Positions 1 through 14,400 of a DNA stretch of 64,000 bases are shown here, in pieces. The notes beneath the pieces are model-generated. The model was not told where the DNA came from. It made no database searches and saw only the letters and a program-made list of their open reading frames with translations. The stretch's first letter is position 1. Each line of letters starts with the position of its first letter. Origin of the DNA: the human T2T-CHM13v2.0 reference genome, Homo sapiens; assembly GCF_009914755.1 (NCBI RefSeq), contig NC_060931.1; one strand, written 5' to 3'. The translations under genes and the position numbers were made by a program.

Positions 1-522
1 GGATGGTGTAATCGAGGACCTAGACACTTCCACACTCCCATGCCATCATCCTTAGCATGACGTGTCCTATTCCCATCCCTGCTGCCTCACTGGCTGCTGT
101 CACACCAGACGTCACATCCTCATGCTGTGCTTAAATGCAAGCATCAAGGGTGTGGCAAAAGATGTTCTCTCAGGAGGTTCTGTCCTTTATCTGGAAAAGA
201 AGCATTTCCAGAAGTCTTCCTTATAGCCCCATAGGCCAAAACTGAATCACTATGGCCACTCCTAGTCACAGGGAAGGCTGTGAAAGTATTTCCCTTCTCA
301 GCTTCTAGTCAAACTCAATCTCCTTATTTGTAGGAATTAAATGAAATAGTGCCCTGTTGATTCTATCTCCAACATTCCTGTTGCATCCACCTAATTATCT
401 TCATCCCCCACCAAATCAACTCCCACCACTGTACTACAGGCTTCAGAATATCCCACCTAAAGTCTCCCAACAGTTCCTAACTGGTATCCTGATTGCCCCA
501 TTTTGTCCCCTCTACCATCCAC

Positions 523-1107
<585 letters not shown>

Positions 1108-1949
1108 CCATTCATTCTTTATACACCACTGCACAACATTTAACTGCGAATCTTACCATGTTCTTCCTCTTTAGTGGGTTGTGGTCCTGAATGTTCTGGT
1201 CACACCCACCTCTCCAGCTTCAGCTCCCTCTCCTCACTCAGATCACATGCGCCTGCTCTTTGCCTCTCAAGAAACCTCAATTTCTTCACACCTCCAAGTT
1301 GTTCACATGCTACTTCCTCCATCTGAAATGCTCACCCACTCTGCATCTCAGCTAATCTCTCCTCAGTTTTCATGTCTCTCCTTCAATGTCCTCCCCGTAC
1401 ACAAGGGTTATTTATAAGATGTTGTTATTAAGTTCAAAGTTGCTGAATATAAATGAGAAAGGGCATGCAAAATAATCAATTTTTTTTGTTAATTTCAGCA
1501 GTTAGTAGAGGTTTGCTTATTAGTAAAATGTTGACCATTTTGTTAAAATCACACTTGAGGAGCCAGTTGGCAGAACTTATTTTCTTTTCCTGAATTTTTT
1601 ATTTTCACCCATATGCTCAACCAACAACGTAAAAACCCACCTCCATAGCTCCCTAGTGGTGATGACTCCTCAGATAAAGGCATTCTTCCATGATTCAATT
1701 TCATCTGTAAAGTAATGGCACTATGATGAATTATCCCATTCTCCCCTCAAAGTTGGTGGCCTGCCTTTGTTCAATCCTGCTTCTGTGATTGAAAGTTTAT
1801 GCTCTAAAAGTAATCCCGAGAAATATATAAAAATGCATGACTTCCAAATACCCTGTGCTGTGCATATCATAGAAATTCAAAGAATCCCAAACTAAAAAGT
1901 AAATCATATATTCATATTTTTATCTTTCACAAATTGAAATACTCTCTAA

Positions 1950-2321
<372 letters not shown>

Positions 2322-2548
2322 TGTCTTTCACTGCTTTTATACTGCAAACAGTTTTCACAACAGAGATGCTCAGTTGCTCCACACCCAGTCCTTCAGGGGA
2401 GTTATGCTTGCATATGAGCTCAAGGAACATCAAAATCGTTTTTTGAAACAAGAGCATCCTGGAAGATGAAGCAAGCTGCACCTCTGCCTTCATTAGTGAA
2501 AATGCCCTGTGCCAATATCTTTATGTCAAATGAATAAAAAGTACTCTT

Positions 2549-2981
<433 letters not shown>

Positions 2982-3014
2982 TCACTGAGTCGTGTTAAGA
3001 GTCTCAGACTGGCA

Positions 3015-3250
3015 GGTTGTGGTGGTTAAGACCGTAGAAGCTAGAGTCAGGCCCCCTGGGTTCCAACCCTGCTCTGCCACGTACCAGACAGGCAAACCTG
3101 AGCAACCATTTTCCCGTGCTAGGGTTTCCTCGCCTGTCGAGTGAGAATAATAATAATAACAATACCTACCTCCTAGGGTTGCTGTGAGAAATAAATGACA
3201 ATCCACAGAAAGCGCCTGCAACGGCGCCTGGCTGGCAAACAGCGGACTTG
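3015..3250 (+). mobile_element. MIR SINE remnant next to the promoter
   Basis: MIR core-like segments ctgggttccaaccctgctctgccac...gtttcctcgcctgt...tacctacctcctagggttgctgtgagaaataaatga. Confidence 0.7.
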
Positions 3251-3289
3251 TTAATTACAGCCTTTCAACTAAGGGCGCCTGAAACTCGC

Positions 3290-5000
3290 AAACATTTTGC
3301 TCGGGTGTGGATTCGCTCCCGTTAGTTACAAACTTGGGATCCCGGGACCCGGAAAGCAAGGGGGAAAAATAAATCGCGATGGGGCCAAGGGACAGCTGCT
3401 GCGGCAACTTTTACCCAGCGGAGCCCACCTACAGCCTCAGCCTCCCGGTCTCAGGTCTCCGCCGTTTCTTCTCAAGGAGTCGGTCGGGGGAGCGGCACTG
3501 CACAGCTTTTCTCCAATCAGACACCTCAAGGCTGGCGCCTGATCCAATCTCCTCCCCTGGAGGGTGGGAACGCGAAGTTCCTACCTGCACCTGTGGCAGC
3601 GGTGACCGCCTCCTGGGTTATTTTCTTTTCTCCCCCAGCTGCCCCAGGGTTCTGGTTTCCCGAATCACTTGGCAAATAACCAGCAGGTGGGCAGATGTCT
3701 TTTTTGCGTTCCTACGGACGCGTAGGCAAGTTCGATGCGCCGGAGTGAACAGCCAGGGTCCCATCTCTCAGCCGGCTCCCGGGCGGTGCTAGCAGGGAAG
3801 AGGGACGCGCCGGCGAATGAAACACTACTAGCCCGGAAAGCCGCCCTGGACCTTCCACCCGGGCAGCGAGTCTGGCGGCCCCTCGCCGCCGCCCCCTCCG
3901 ACCAGAACAGACTGCGCTGCGAGCCCCGGGCTTCCGCCGCAGCGCGCAGCAATTGGAGGTGCCAGAGGAGACCAGCAGCAGCACTTGATTTAGCTGGGCT
4001 GCGGGAATTCCGACCTGTACACTTTCCAGAAGCCTGATCTCTCCAAGTCCGCGCCCAGGGACTCGAGCCCCGGCTTCCAGGTTGACCCGAGCGCGCCCCC
4101 TTCGTGCTCTCGGCCGCGTTCACCGCGCGAGGCCTCCGGGTCCTGTTAAGCCCGAGCAGGTGAGCGACTGGGGGTGGTTCGGCGTCCGCCGAGACAGAGC
4201 CTGGCCCCGGGGGTCACCCTGGGGTGCTGCCTGGTACCTCCCAGGTACCCGCCTCCCGGAGCCCTAAGAGAGGCTGAAAACCACGGACGCTCCAGGACTC
4301 CGTTTTCTGTACTTTTGAGTAATTTGCCATCTTTTCCTTGCGCAATTCGTACAAAGCCCTTCCGTGCTCACAAAGTTGATGATTGTGAAGAAGAAAATGT
4401 AGGTTAGGAGAGGAAGCAGCATCAGGACACCTTACCACCACTGTTAGTAAATGACTTGGGGGTACGGGTTGCTTTTCCGATCTGCAAAGTAGGAGGGAAT
4501 GGGATGTTTGCAGACGCAGTTGCTAATTGTGCCTGAGGGCGTGGGTGCCTTTTGTACCGAAAGAACTTTTGGCCGTTTTTTCTTGTATTGTTTTCAAGTC
4601 GCTGCCCGAGTGTGTCCTCAGGGCATCCTGGGGAGGAGCCGGTGTTGCGGTTTCGGGGCGCAGCCGAGGCCGCCCCGCCGCCTCCCGTAGGCGATCAGAC
4701 TTCCTCTCCCTGGCGGTTCCGGGAGGAGAACCTCCTACAACAAACACCGCCGAAGTTTCCCTCTCCAGCGCGATCGCCAATCCCAGGAGCGCCCGGCGCG
4801 TGGGCTGGGAAGGAGCCGAGCGGAAACCTGGAAGTGAGCCGCGGCGCAGGCGAATCCTGCGCGTTGCTGGTGGCAGCGCCCAAGAGACCCCGCACAGAAA
4901 GTGGGCTGGGAGTCTCGCTTGCTGTACCCGCACCTAAGTGCTCAGAAGCGGCCTTTCGCTCTGCAGAGGGGGGGTCTTAGAAGCTTGGGGAAGAAGCACA
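3290..5000. promoter_or_regulatory. CpG island / PRR15 promoter and first (non-coding) exon region
   Basis: High GC and CpG density by eye; two CCAAT boxes (3513, 3544); strong 5' splice donor CAG|GTGAGC at 4159/4160. Confidence 0.8.
4157..4165 (+). other. Candidate splice donor of PRR15 exon 1
   Basis: CAG|GTGAGC matches the U1 consensus. Confidence 0.65.
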
Positions 5001-5619
5001 TTGTTTCGGAGTTCCTTGTTGCGTTCTTTCTCCTTGGGAGGAGGGAATTGCACAAGGAAAAGAAGAGAAGCCTTTACTTTGTAACTGAAATTCTCCAGAG
5101 TTGAGTTGCGTCGTACAGACTCGGTGCATATTTTAATACAAAACTAAGGGAAGAGGCCATTTGATACTTGGCTTCATCTCAACCGTCAGCCGGGGGTGAC
5201 TTCAAACAGACGCAAGATTGGGCTCTGGGGAGTAAAAGGAAGAATTAGGATGGCGGTTTTCAAGGGAAGTTAAGTCTAGACATGCTTCTTTGAAAGTCAC
5301 AAGGCAGAAGTGGTCAAAAGCAGAATTTAAAAGAACCAAAACAAATATCATAAGCTTGTCCTTCTCTCCTACTGGGATATAAATTCTCCTAAGTATCTCA
5401 TCGAAAAGGCTCCTGGGACGAAAGTCGATGGGGGCAAATCTTGGAGGGAAATTTCGTGACTGTTTGACCATGGACTAATTAATACCGTTCACCTGTAGAG
5501 AGGATGCACTTGGTTCCCAGCGCCCTCCTCCCAGGTGCTTATCCAAAGGGAGGCCGCCCTGGGTCGGATGGGTCACCTTTTGGCGTCCATCTACAGTCAA
5601 GCAGTGTGGACAGGGCGGT

Positions 5620-5634
5620 CATTTTCCCTCTAGA
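5620..5634 (+). other. Candidate splice acceptor of the PRR15 coding exon (long 5'UTR form)
   Basis: cattttccctctag|a: pyrimidine tract followed by TAG. Confidence 0.5.
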
Positions 5635-5946
5635 GACGGGTTGATCCAGAGGGGTGGGAACGTCCCTTGGGTCCCCCGGGCACGCTGACCACTGCACTGC
5701 ACTTCCCCTGAAGCAAAGGCAAAGGTTGAAGCCAAAGAGTTCAAGGCTCAGCCTAGAGACCAGGTGATGGTGCCCTGGAAGACACTTCCGCCAGCACCCT
5801 ATGGGGCGCAGTGGCGTCTAATGCTAATGTGGGCTACGTAGCTACGGGATTGGGTCGCTCCGACCCTGGCCGATCCGGTGCCAGACAGCATAAGGGAGGA
5901 AAGGGGACTGGGGGGGGCACGTGACTTCAACCAACCCAGTAACCAA

Positions 5947-5970
5947 GTTTTGTTTTCTTCCCCAGCACAG
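5947..5970 (+). other. Candidate proximal tandem splice acceptors
   Basis: gttttgttttcttccccag|cacag|g with branch-like agtaac just upstream. Confidence 0.55.
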
Positions 5971-6110
5971 GCCGCTGCCTCAGCATCCACCCCGCAGCCC
6001 ACGTGTGGCAAGCCGGGGAAGGGGTGGAGTGAACGGCCGGAGACCACGTGGAGAAAGGGGCCGCTTTGGCCCTTCCATCTGGGTGCCGGGAGCCCCTAGA
6101 CCCTCCGGCC

Positions 6111-6500
6111 ATGGCCGACAGCGGCGATGCTGGCAGCTCGGGCCCCTGGTGGAAATCGCTCACCAACAGCAGAAAGAAAAGCAAGGAAGCCGCAGTGGGG
6201 GTGCCGCCTCCCGCCCAGCCCGCTCCCGGGGAGCCCACGCCACCTGCGCCGCCCAGCCCGGACTGGACCAGCAGCTCCCGGGAGAACCAGCACCCCAATC
6301 TCCTCGGGGGCGCCGGCGAGCCCCCCAAACCAGACAAGTTATACGGGGACAAATCCGGCAGCAGCCGCCGCAATTTGAAGATCTCGCGCTCCGGCCGCTT
6401 TAAGGAGAAGAGGAAAGTGCGCGCCACGCTGCTCCCGGAGGCGGGCAGGTCCTCGGAGGAGGCAGGCTTTCCTGGTGACCCCCACGAGGACAAGCAGTAG
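6111..6500 (+). CDS. PRR15: Proline-rich protein 15 (129 aa, intronless CDS)
   Basis: ATG in strong Kozak context (ccggccATGG); translation [25 protein letters not shown]...[22 protein letters not shown]...PHEDKQ carries the WWK.LT..RKK and [17 protein letters not shown] motifs of the PRR15/PRR15L family. Confidence 0.96.
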   Translation: MADSGDAGSSGPWWKSLTNSRKKSKEAAVGVPPPAQPAPGEPTPPAPPSPDWTSSSRENQHPNLLGGAGEPPKPDKLYGDKSGSSRRNLKISRSGRFKEKRKVRATLLPEAGRSSEEAGFPGDPHEDKQ

Positions 6501-7052
6501 CCCCAATAGCCTGCGCGCTCCAGGACTGCCTACCCAGCACTACCCCAAACCCCCAGTTCCAAACCCGAGACTTCAGGCCCGCCCCCTTACGCGTTGTCTC
6601 ATTCCACCAAATTCAGAATATTTACACAATGCCTTCATGATTTTATTTTTCTGGAAATTGAAGTGTCAATTGGGTTCTCAATATTTCATGACTCCAAGGA
6701 TGCATTAAATATTTATTTGTGGTAAGAGAAGATACCTGCCGCGGAGGAGGGTGGCATAATTATTTTTTTTCAAAAAGCTATTCTGGGGCCCTGGCCCCCT
6801 GGCTCCTGTCACAGCTCAGCTTGAACTCTGTAGCCTCTCAAATGAAGAAGGTGGCTGTTATTTAGGACTCTGTGGAAAGCAAATCACAGTGCTGTTTTTA
6901 ATGCCTGAGAAATGCACTTTAGGGGTAGACTTATACCTTAAGTGAAGGAGTGGGGGAGGAAGAAGCATTCTTAAGTAGAAGCATTTTAAAATAAGGCAGG
7001 ATTGCTTTTAATGTTAAACTACAAAACTGTACAGCCTATTTTAGTGTGGACT

Positions 7053-7058
7053 ATTAAA
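7053..7058 (+). terminator. Probable PRR15 polyadenylation signal (ATTAAA)
   Basis: ATTAAA with upstream TGTA (7028) and downstream U/GU-rich tract (7081-7100); a second ATTAAA lies at 6704. Confidence 0.6.
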
Positions 7059-7438
7059 ACCCTTGCACTGTAAGGCTTAAGGTGACTTTTGTATTTTTTC
7101 CATTCCAAGACTGAATCCCATCATACTTAAAAGCAGGCATGCAAAGTCCGAGGTGAGAGTTAATCATTTGCCACACAACATAACAGTGACTAGTGGAAAG
7201 CTGCAGGGAAGAGAATATTTCTGGAAACCAGCAACACCTGGACTGGAACTTGTTAGCCAGATATCCCTATTTATCAGCCAAATTCGAGGAAGGGAGAGAG
7301 GTACCAATTCATTATTCCTAAATTCACCTTTTACTTCAGTGCATTTTCATAGACTATAGTAAGTTACAATGCTAGTAATACATCCTTTTCAGTATCCATT
7401 GTTAAACTTACTAACGATTGTCTAAAATCAAAAAACAA

Positions 7439-7801
<363 letters not shown>

Positions 7802-10200
7802 TTAAAGTATGCATTTATCTAGTTTCAGACCCTTTAGATCTAACAACCTGAAGATTCTTAACAAAAAGCTGTTCGCTTTTATTATGAACTTCAAGAAAAA
7901 GAGTAAACGAATACCATTTGCTTTGAGAAAATTACAAGAGAGTTATTGTAGTCGTTAAGAGGCACTGGGATCTTTTCCCACCACAATTCAGTTCATTTAT
8001 AAACACCCAGAAATGCATGGCAGGAAAATTATATTGATCAAAGTGTATATCTTTGTAGATAATGACAAGCAGGAACTTAATTATAGCTTCTCGATTTGTA
8101 TATGTAGACAAGCTATTTTTTTGTTTCTCCCAAATTAGTAATTTATAAAGTAGCAAAACAGTTCGATTGTTAAAAGAAATTTAACAAAGAAATTTGATGA
8201 AGATGGCTGAAATGAATTTAAATTAATGAATCAAGCTTTGGTGCCAGCAGAATAATACAGCTAATTTTGATACATGAGTTTCCACATACCAAAGGCCTTA
8301 CACTAAAGGAAAGTGTATATCTAGAGGTTATGAACACCTTAAATTAAAAGAAAGTATGTGAGAGGACTTTTTTAAGCATGAAAAGACATTTTCATTGTAT
8401 ACGTAAAACTGGAAAGTGTGTGACCAAAATCTCATCCAGGTGGGCTTCCTGGATGAGGCAGACTACATTCAGTTTAAATGGGCCTACCATCTCTAGATTC
8501 AGAAAAAGAAGAGGGAATTGAGACTTGGCATGAAAAAAGAATTCATGATAAGGGACAGGATTGGGGGTTGGCAGAGCAACGGGAGTGAATATAGCAAATG
8601 TTGTCAAATAAGGCTTTGGAAAACCTTCAAAAAGTATTTCAATTTCACTCCGTAGAAAGTAATCAAAATTAGAGTAGGTAACTACCCAAAATGTTCTCTC
8701 CCTCCTTCAGGAAGACCGATAGATCAGGACTGTACCTATTTATAAAATTAAGTCTGCAATTACATAAGTTTAAAATCCTATACTAACCCTTTCATCCAGT
8801 TTTATTGTTTTAAAGAACTTTTTTCTTTAAAATTACTGTAGATGAACAAAACATTGGCAAGTTTCAAGGTTCTGTGTCTAATTTTGGATCCCATCCAAAT
8901 CTACAATTGCTGCAGATAATCAATAGCAGACATATAGTAGAGCAATGGAACTTATTACCATATTAACATGACATCTTTACCCCACTGTTCTGAAAGAATT
9001 TAAAACCATACTAATGCAGTTATGACAGTGAATGCAATTCACAATCTGCCATTGAGGTTTGTAATTACATCGTTTTAAAGCAGTCCTAAATTATGCAGTG
9101 GGAGGAATACACTGATTTAATCCCAACTCAGTGAAATCAGAAACCAAGCAAAATTGGTGGGACAGAAAGAGCATAAGGAAGATGAGAGAATTTGACGACG
9201 TGTCTTGCTGGGATTTATGTGCTTTACAGATGTTTAATTACATTCCAATAGTATATACAGATTTAATTTTTTTTAACCTTGAGATAATTTATAGTAAAAA
9301 AAAATGCTGAATTAAATTTGCAGTCAGAAACTTTTCTTTAAATTATCTTACAAATGAAATTTCACTCACAAATTTGGAAGCCATATCAGAAATTTTAACA
9401 CTATACTTCCAAAGATATGGGAAAAAAAGGAACAAAACTCTAGCAGTGTATTTGCTACACACTTTTGTAACCACGATAATTATATACAAAGGGTAGTTTT
9501 TGCCCCAGTGACTCTCCTTGCAAAATCGGTGGCTGGGCAGTGACTCATATTACAGGTCACCTGAACGTCCCTTTGTGTCTGTACTTCTATTGTTCAGCAC
9601 ATTCTGACTTGCATTTCAAAAGCACAAACCCGACTTTACATATGCAATTAGGATGTTCTCCTTTAGTATAACACCTGGAAATATTTTTTCTGCTTCGAAA
9701 CATTATGTGAACTCAGCAATTCTAGTCCTGCCAAGTCCTTAGAAGGGAAATAGAAACCTAATGAGCATTGGCTAAAAGCTTTGTCAAAAATAGTGCTTTT
9801 CCTGAGATGCGCAGAAGAATATTTGGGTGCCTTGAAAGAAGCAAATACTAAAAATGAGCAGACAGAATTTCAAATGAAAGGTAAACTTGAAAGAAATAAG
9901 TGAAAGGACACATATTCAGTGACCCCAAGAGACGTTTTATGAAAAAAGAGAGAAAGAATATTCTTTTTCCCCAGCTGAGAAGTGTCAATCGACTAGAAAC
10001 AAGCACACAAAAAGCTAGCATGATATAGTAAGGAAAATGGATTTTTCCAAGTCTATTTTATTTTTAGAGGGTTTCATTATAACATAAATGTGGAAGATTG
10101 TTTGTTGAGATAGATTCATGTTTACCTCCATGACAAGTAAAAAGTGGGACCAGAGATATTTTATACATTTGGATGTCAACATGTAAATACCATAGACTAA

Positions 10201-10389
<189 letters not shown>

Positions 10390-11139
10390 CTAGAAACAAG
10401 TGTGGAACCCGCAGCAAAGTTTGTCACTGATGGGCTGGCTGTCCCATTGCAGTATGTTTCTTCTCACCTGTTCTCTGTACTCCCTGACCCCATTCTTACC
10501 CTGCCTCCAAGGCACTGCACATGCATTCCCATGAGGCTCAGGGATACAGAAAAGGGGCTGCCATGAGACTTCCCGGACTCCTGCAGGCACAGTGTGTTGC
10601 CAATCACTTTGTTAGAAGACCATGCAGATTTGGAACATGGGATGAATAGTGTTCATGGTGAGAGAATATGACCACTAAGCGGATAGGATGTAAGGAAACT
10701 AAATAGACCTTGCCTTAGAAGAAGACAGTTGACCATTTATTTAGAAATGGCAATAGCCGTCAACCATGATAAATAAGATGGACAGTGGAATAAAAGCAGT
10801 CCTTCTGGGAATTCAAAGCAAGGAAATCAGCTGTGCTTTCAAACAAAATTGTACTACAGATGATGAAATGATAGACTCATAATTATGTCAAAGTTGTTGG
10901 CATAATCTTCTACAATAATGAGATCCATGAATGGAGTGTCTTTATTTCTGAGGTGTGGAACAAGACTGTTTACACAGGAAATAAAAATTTTTGGCCCTAA
11001 AATCAGGAAGATTCAGTTTAAGGAAACTGAAGATCCCTAACCCTAAGAAGAACCAGACACTGATTCACCTGCTGGTTAAGTAGGGATTATGGGACCAATG
11101 CTGGACCTCCCTGTGACATTTAAGAAGGTATTTTCCTGT

Positions 11140-11482
<343 letters not shown>

Positions 11483-14400
11483 TTAGGCATTTCTTTCTAG
11501 TAGCCAGTCATTAAGCATGCCCCTTGATTGATACCCTGCAAGGATAGCAGCAGAAAACTGCAGTTTTCAAGACACCTGAATATAGTCTTCTCTCTGACTT
11601 GCTCTTACATAAATCTTAGTTGATAGGGGTGTTACTCTACTCTTCTGTAAAATTGGGGAATTAGTTTATATTCCTGTTCTAAAACTCTGATTTAGTATTC
11701 TCCTATTCTGAGCAACTCGTTGTGAAAGTAAACTCATAAAATATTCATTGTTCACTTTGAAAACAAAAGGCACCAGCTGTCCAGTACTGATTGTTAAGTG
11801 GGGCGATGGGAGGGAAGTCTGAGAAGTATAAACTATGTTATGGATGCCACCACCACTGTACTGCCATTTGGCCTAACGATTGGGGGTAATCCTGCTATCT
11901 AGGAACATGAAGCCTCATTATTCATTTTCAGAATCAAATTGTGGAAGAAATATCTTATCATAGTCGATTAGCATCAAAAAGTGTGCTTTTGTGTATATTA
12001 CTTCATTTGTTCCTCATAACTAGCTCTTAAGGGTCCAAAATTCTGTCAACCCACCTGATTGTCTACTCTGTTTAAACTCAATTTTTCCATTCCCAATGAT
12101 GTTTTCCTAGGTCAAGAATTCATTCCCTCCAGGCACAGAGGCCCGAAGACAATTGTTTCTTCACCCTTCTCCATACTCTGTTTGAAATCCTGCAGGATAA
12201 GGTCAAACCTCTTCACCATGTCCAGCTATTCCACATGACAGACAACCCCTGATGCATGGTTGTGCTTTGCCATGTCTGCAAATATCTGTCAATCCTGTTG
12301 CCTCTGTTGGGCATATTCTTTCCCCACCACCTGCCTGGCAAATCCTCAATAGCCTTCAAGACTCAAGAATCTCTTTCTATTTAACTGCTACGGGCCTCCT
12401 TCTCCCAAGCAGATCTGATCACCCTGTTGAGACACATCCATAAACCTGTGTTATCCCCCAGCAGGAACTATAGTATATAAATATGATCTCATGTCTCTCT
12501 GCCATTTTAGTCATGGAGCTCAGGAAAATTCAGGGGGCAATGTTCATTCCTTATGAACTTCCATGAACTCCTGGTTAATCTACAAGGAAGTGGACCCTTC
12601 AGATAGAACAAGCAGCTAGCATGTAGCTCTTAGCAGGGCCACAATCTTTTCTCCTCTGGGGAAACAGGTTATGTCTGGCAGGTAGAGAAATGTCTGGGGG
12701 TTGTCAATCAGTCAGAGTCCAATCGGGACAGAGAAGCCACATAGTAATTTGAACAGAGTATATTTAATATAAAGAACTATTACACATAGCAAAGATTGAT
12801 TGCTAAGAAGTAAAGGGAACCCTAAAGAATATATTGCTCATGCCAATGAGCAGCCACTACCCCTAGAACTGAGACAGAGTGCTCAAAGAATAACCCCTTT
12901 TCTCTCCAACCCCTCAAACCTTATTGGAAGTGACTCGGCCATGACCCACTGATTGGTTGACAAGTTGCCATGATGCCCCACCAGCAAAAGTTGCTGGTTA
13001 CTGTATACCAGTAGGTCCTAAAGCACTAATCATTAAATGCTTTGAGCTTCATGAATGAAAATATCATAGGAAATACCACTAGGTTAATACAGTATGGGGA
13101 GGACCAGGCTGCATCAGTTTTTATGACATCTCCTTCTTCTATTTAACACACTCTGATGAGACAATCCCTTCAAAATAAAATTCAAGATCATTTAAAGTTC
13201 TTGAAGGGCCCTACTTGGTCCAGCCTCTGCCTGTTTCTCTCCAGCTCTCTCTCTCTCTCGCTGTCTTTCTCTCTCCCTGCCATCTCTCCAAACACTCTCC
13301 ATTCAAGTGAAAGTAGGCTCATTTCAGTCCATTGATCACCATCTCTCTTCTACCTCCAGGTCTTACAACACGTTCCTTCCACCACTTAGAAACCCTCCGG
13401 GGGTTTAGGTTTTCCAAGAGCTCAGGAGCTTGATGAACCTCTTGAGATATGCTCTTTCTTCACAGACTTCCTGTGATTTTCAGGACACTTCAGCTGCTTG
13501 AGCAACCATATATAAACAGAACTTGAGTGGAGTTAACTAGCCTCTCTGATTCTGTTTCCCTTGTTAGTAAATGCATGTGATAACACCACTTCATGGTGTT
13601 TGCATGACCTAAGTGCACATAAAAGCATATCTCTCAAAGACGAATGACACAGTCTAAAAGTCCTCAATAATACAGCTGTTTAAATTCTTACTCTTGAATG
13701 GGTTGAAGTTGGTCTGAAGGAGCTATTTCAATGTTTTCCTTTAAAAACTATCTAGAATTTGGAGGATCCACTTCCTAGGAATCTCAAGAAGTCTGCTTTT
13801 TAGAAAACTGTGATTATGTCTTTGTTCCAAAAAGTCAAGGACAGTTGACACAGGAGAAGGTCTAGGAGATGGAGGAAAAGAGGGGACTATACATTCAGTC
13901 CCTGAGATGACAAAAAAGGATAGTGGGACTCTATGTTGTCATCTTTATGTCCAAGAATGAATCCTGAGCCTGAGATTGTTTAGTGAATGAATTTAAAGTG
14001 TTCCCAGATTTCCAAGGAGGTGGTGAAATAGAGAAATGAAGAGGCAATTGGCTTTATGGGGAAATGCAATGGTGAGTTTCAGCAATATTTAGGCATCGCT
14101 TAGGGTACTTACAAGAACACCACTTTCTCAACAATAAAATCTCTAAAGACCTGAGAATCACCATTCTCCCTGCATTTCTTATCCTAGAAACAGAAGAAAG
14201 ACAAGGAAGCAGTTTCATTCTCACAATCCACACGGTTTACTCAAGCTCTTCACTTCTGTACAGTGGGTGGGAACTTTTTGTTGGGATGGCTTCACAGAGG
14301 CAATGATGGTGAGAAATGAAGACAGGCCTCAGGTGGCTCCTTGGCAGGTCCCTGGGGGGCATTTTAAAGCCTAGAGCCTTGGCCTACCATCTGTTGCAGA

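Noticed and set aside
3297-5104. Many overlapping 60-150 aa ORFs on both strands in the CpG island
   Set aside because: Ala/Arg/Gly/Pro-rich frames expected from stop-codon scarcity in GC-rich DNA; no recognisable domains
6048-6110. 21-aa N-terminal extension of PRR15 from GTG 6048 (ORF-track start)
   Set aside because: GTG has C at -3 while ATG 6111 has a strong Kozak context and gives the 129-aa protein I recognise
5921-6493. 160-aa (+) and 188-aa (-) ORFs overlapping PRR15
   Set aside because: Shadow frames of a GC-rich CDS with non-ATG starts; no independent support
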